From assembly GCA_045539955.1 (NCBI GenBank), contig JAZQGI010000011.1, positions 16,832 through 80,831 on the forward strand: a DNA stretch of 64,000 nt. The letters are read 5' to 3'. Source of the DNA: Acutalibacteraceae bacterium (GTDB taxonomy: Bacteria; Bacillota; Clostridia; Oscillospirales; Acutalibacteraceae). Positions 63,696-64,000 of this stretch are shown here, in pieces. A program made the translations under genes and the position numbers. The first letter of the stretch is position 1; each line of letters starts with the position of its first letter. The notes beneath the pieces are model-generated. The model saw nothing but the letters and a program-made list of their open reading frames with translations, had not been told where the DNA came from and ran no database searches.

Positions 63696-64000
63696 TTACT
63701 CCTCTGTTAATTTTATTTTATTTATTTGGGTATCTGTTATTACAGCCATAATATTTTGCCCTAAAGGCGAAATTCGAATAGCGCCAAAACCGCATTCACC
63801 GCTTCGCATAACCGTTCCGTCACGGTTTAACACATAAGCTTTAGTATCGCTGACGCAATATATATGCCCGTTTCGTAAAGCAAAATCTGTAATAATTCCT
63901 TTAAATTCAAATTCGCGCTTTAACTTTCCGCCACTTGAAAAAATTGCTATCCTATTATCCGTCTTATCGTTTTCACGGTTATATACCACCGCAACACCGT
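63696..64000 (-). CDS. C-terminal part of an unknown protein (continues past the right edge)
   Basis: The frame is open to position 64000. Beta-rich sequence with no motif recognised. Confidence 0.5.
   Translation of the reverse strand, partial: GVAVVYNRENDKTDNRIAIFSSGGKLKREFEFKGIITDFALRNGHIYCVSDTKAYVLNRDGTVMRSGECGFGAIRISPLGQNIMAVITDTQINKIKLTEE

Noticed and set aside
1-64000. A scan for CRISPR arrays, rRNA or tRNA genes, IS elements or transposases, and integrases.
   Set aside because: I found no regularly spaced repeats of 25-40 bp. The only tRNA-like T-arm or acceptor sequence is in the tmRNA. No DDE, HUH, serine or tyrosine recombinase motifs were found in any ORF.

Overview
This 64 kb window looks like chromosome from a low-GC, Clostridia-type Firmicute. 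That is an inference from gene content: a ctsR-mcsA-mcsB-clpC operon, ricT/yaaT, type III glutamine synthetase and ppdK. No homology search was possible, so every product call rests on motifs read from the translations and on gene order.

Most of the window is housekeeping:
- yfhO, trpS, holB, ricT, a 56-aa ferredoxin, smpB and ssrA
- nnr, a GldA/F/G-like ABC-2 exporter operon and rplM-rpsI
- copA, an 8-gene aromatic amino-acid super-operon (pheA-aroB-aroC-aroE/K-aroQ-aroA-tyrA-DAHP synthase) and glnN
- ppdK, a sugar-related AKR-MFS-pfkB block, ctsR-mcsA-mcsB-clpC, clpE and cvpA

Accessory or unusual content:
1. A phage late-gene block (terS-like, terL, scaffold-like, capsid-like) runs off the left edge. 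It starts directly after the host yfhO terminator.
2. A 6.3 kb island without an integrase sits in the 3' end of the tmRNA gene, bounded by a perfect 17-bp direct repeat. It encodes a 1541-aa multi-module 'polyvalent'-type protein (two HExxH modules plus a Zeta-toxin-like P-loop module) and small AT-rich ORFs. Next to the att core there is an array of seven GTGAAAT heptamers and a second degenerate copy of the tmRNA 3' end.
3. The aromatic super-operon has a leader with a 22-codon Phe/Tyr-rich ORF (MFKKNFYFYYFKEDCPFTTVCR), alternative hairpins and an intrinsic terminator. This suggests ribosome-mediated attenuation.
4. The rpsI 3' end and its terminator are tandemly duplicated (74 bp) around an ~80 bp GC-rich, palindrome-dense insert.
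5. Smaller items:
   - a solitary mazF with no antitoxin gene
   - an in-frame copA-copZ fusion with an internal SD
   - a PqqD-like gene paired with an ABC exporter
   - an untracked 40-aa Cys/Gly/Asn-rich membrane peptide beside the CtsR operators
   - an inverted pair of terminator hairpins with compensatory changes flanking a lipoprotein gene

No rRNA, tRNA, CRISPR array or transposase was seen.
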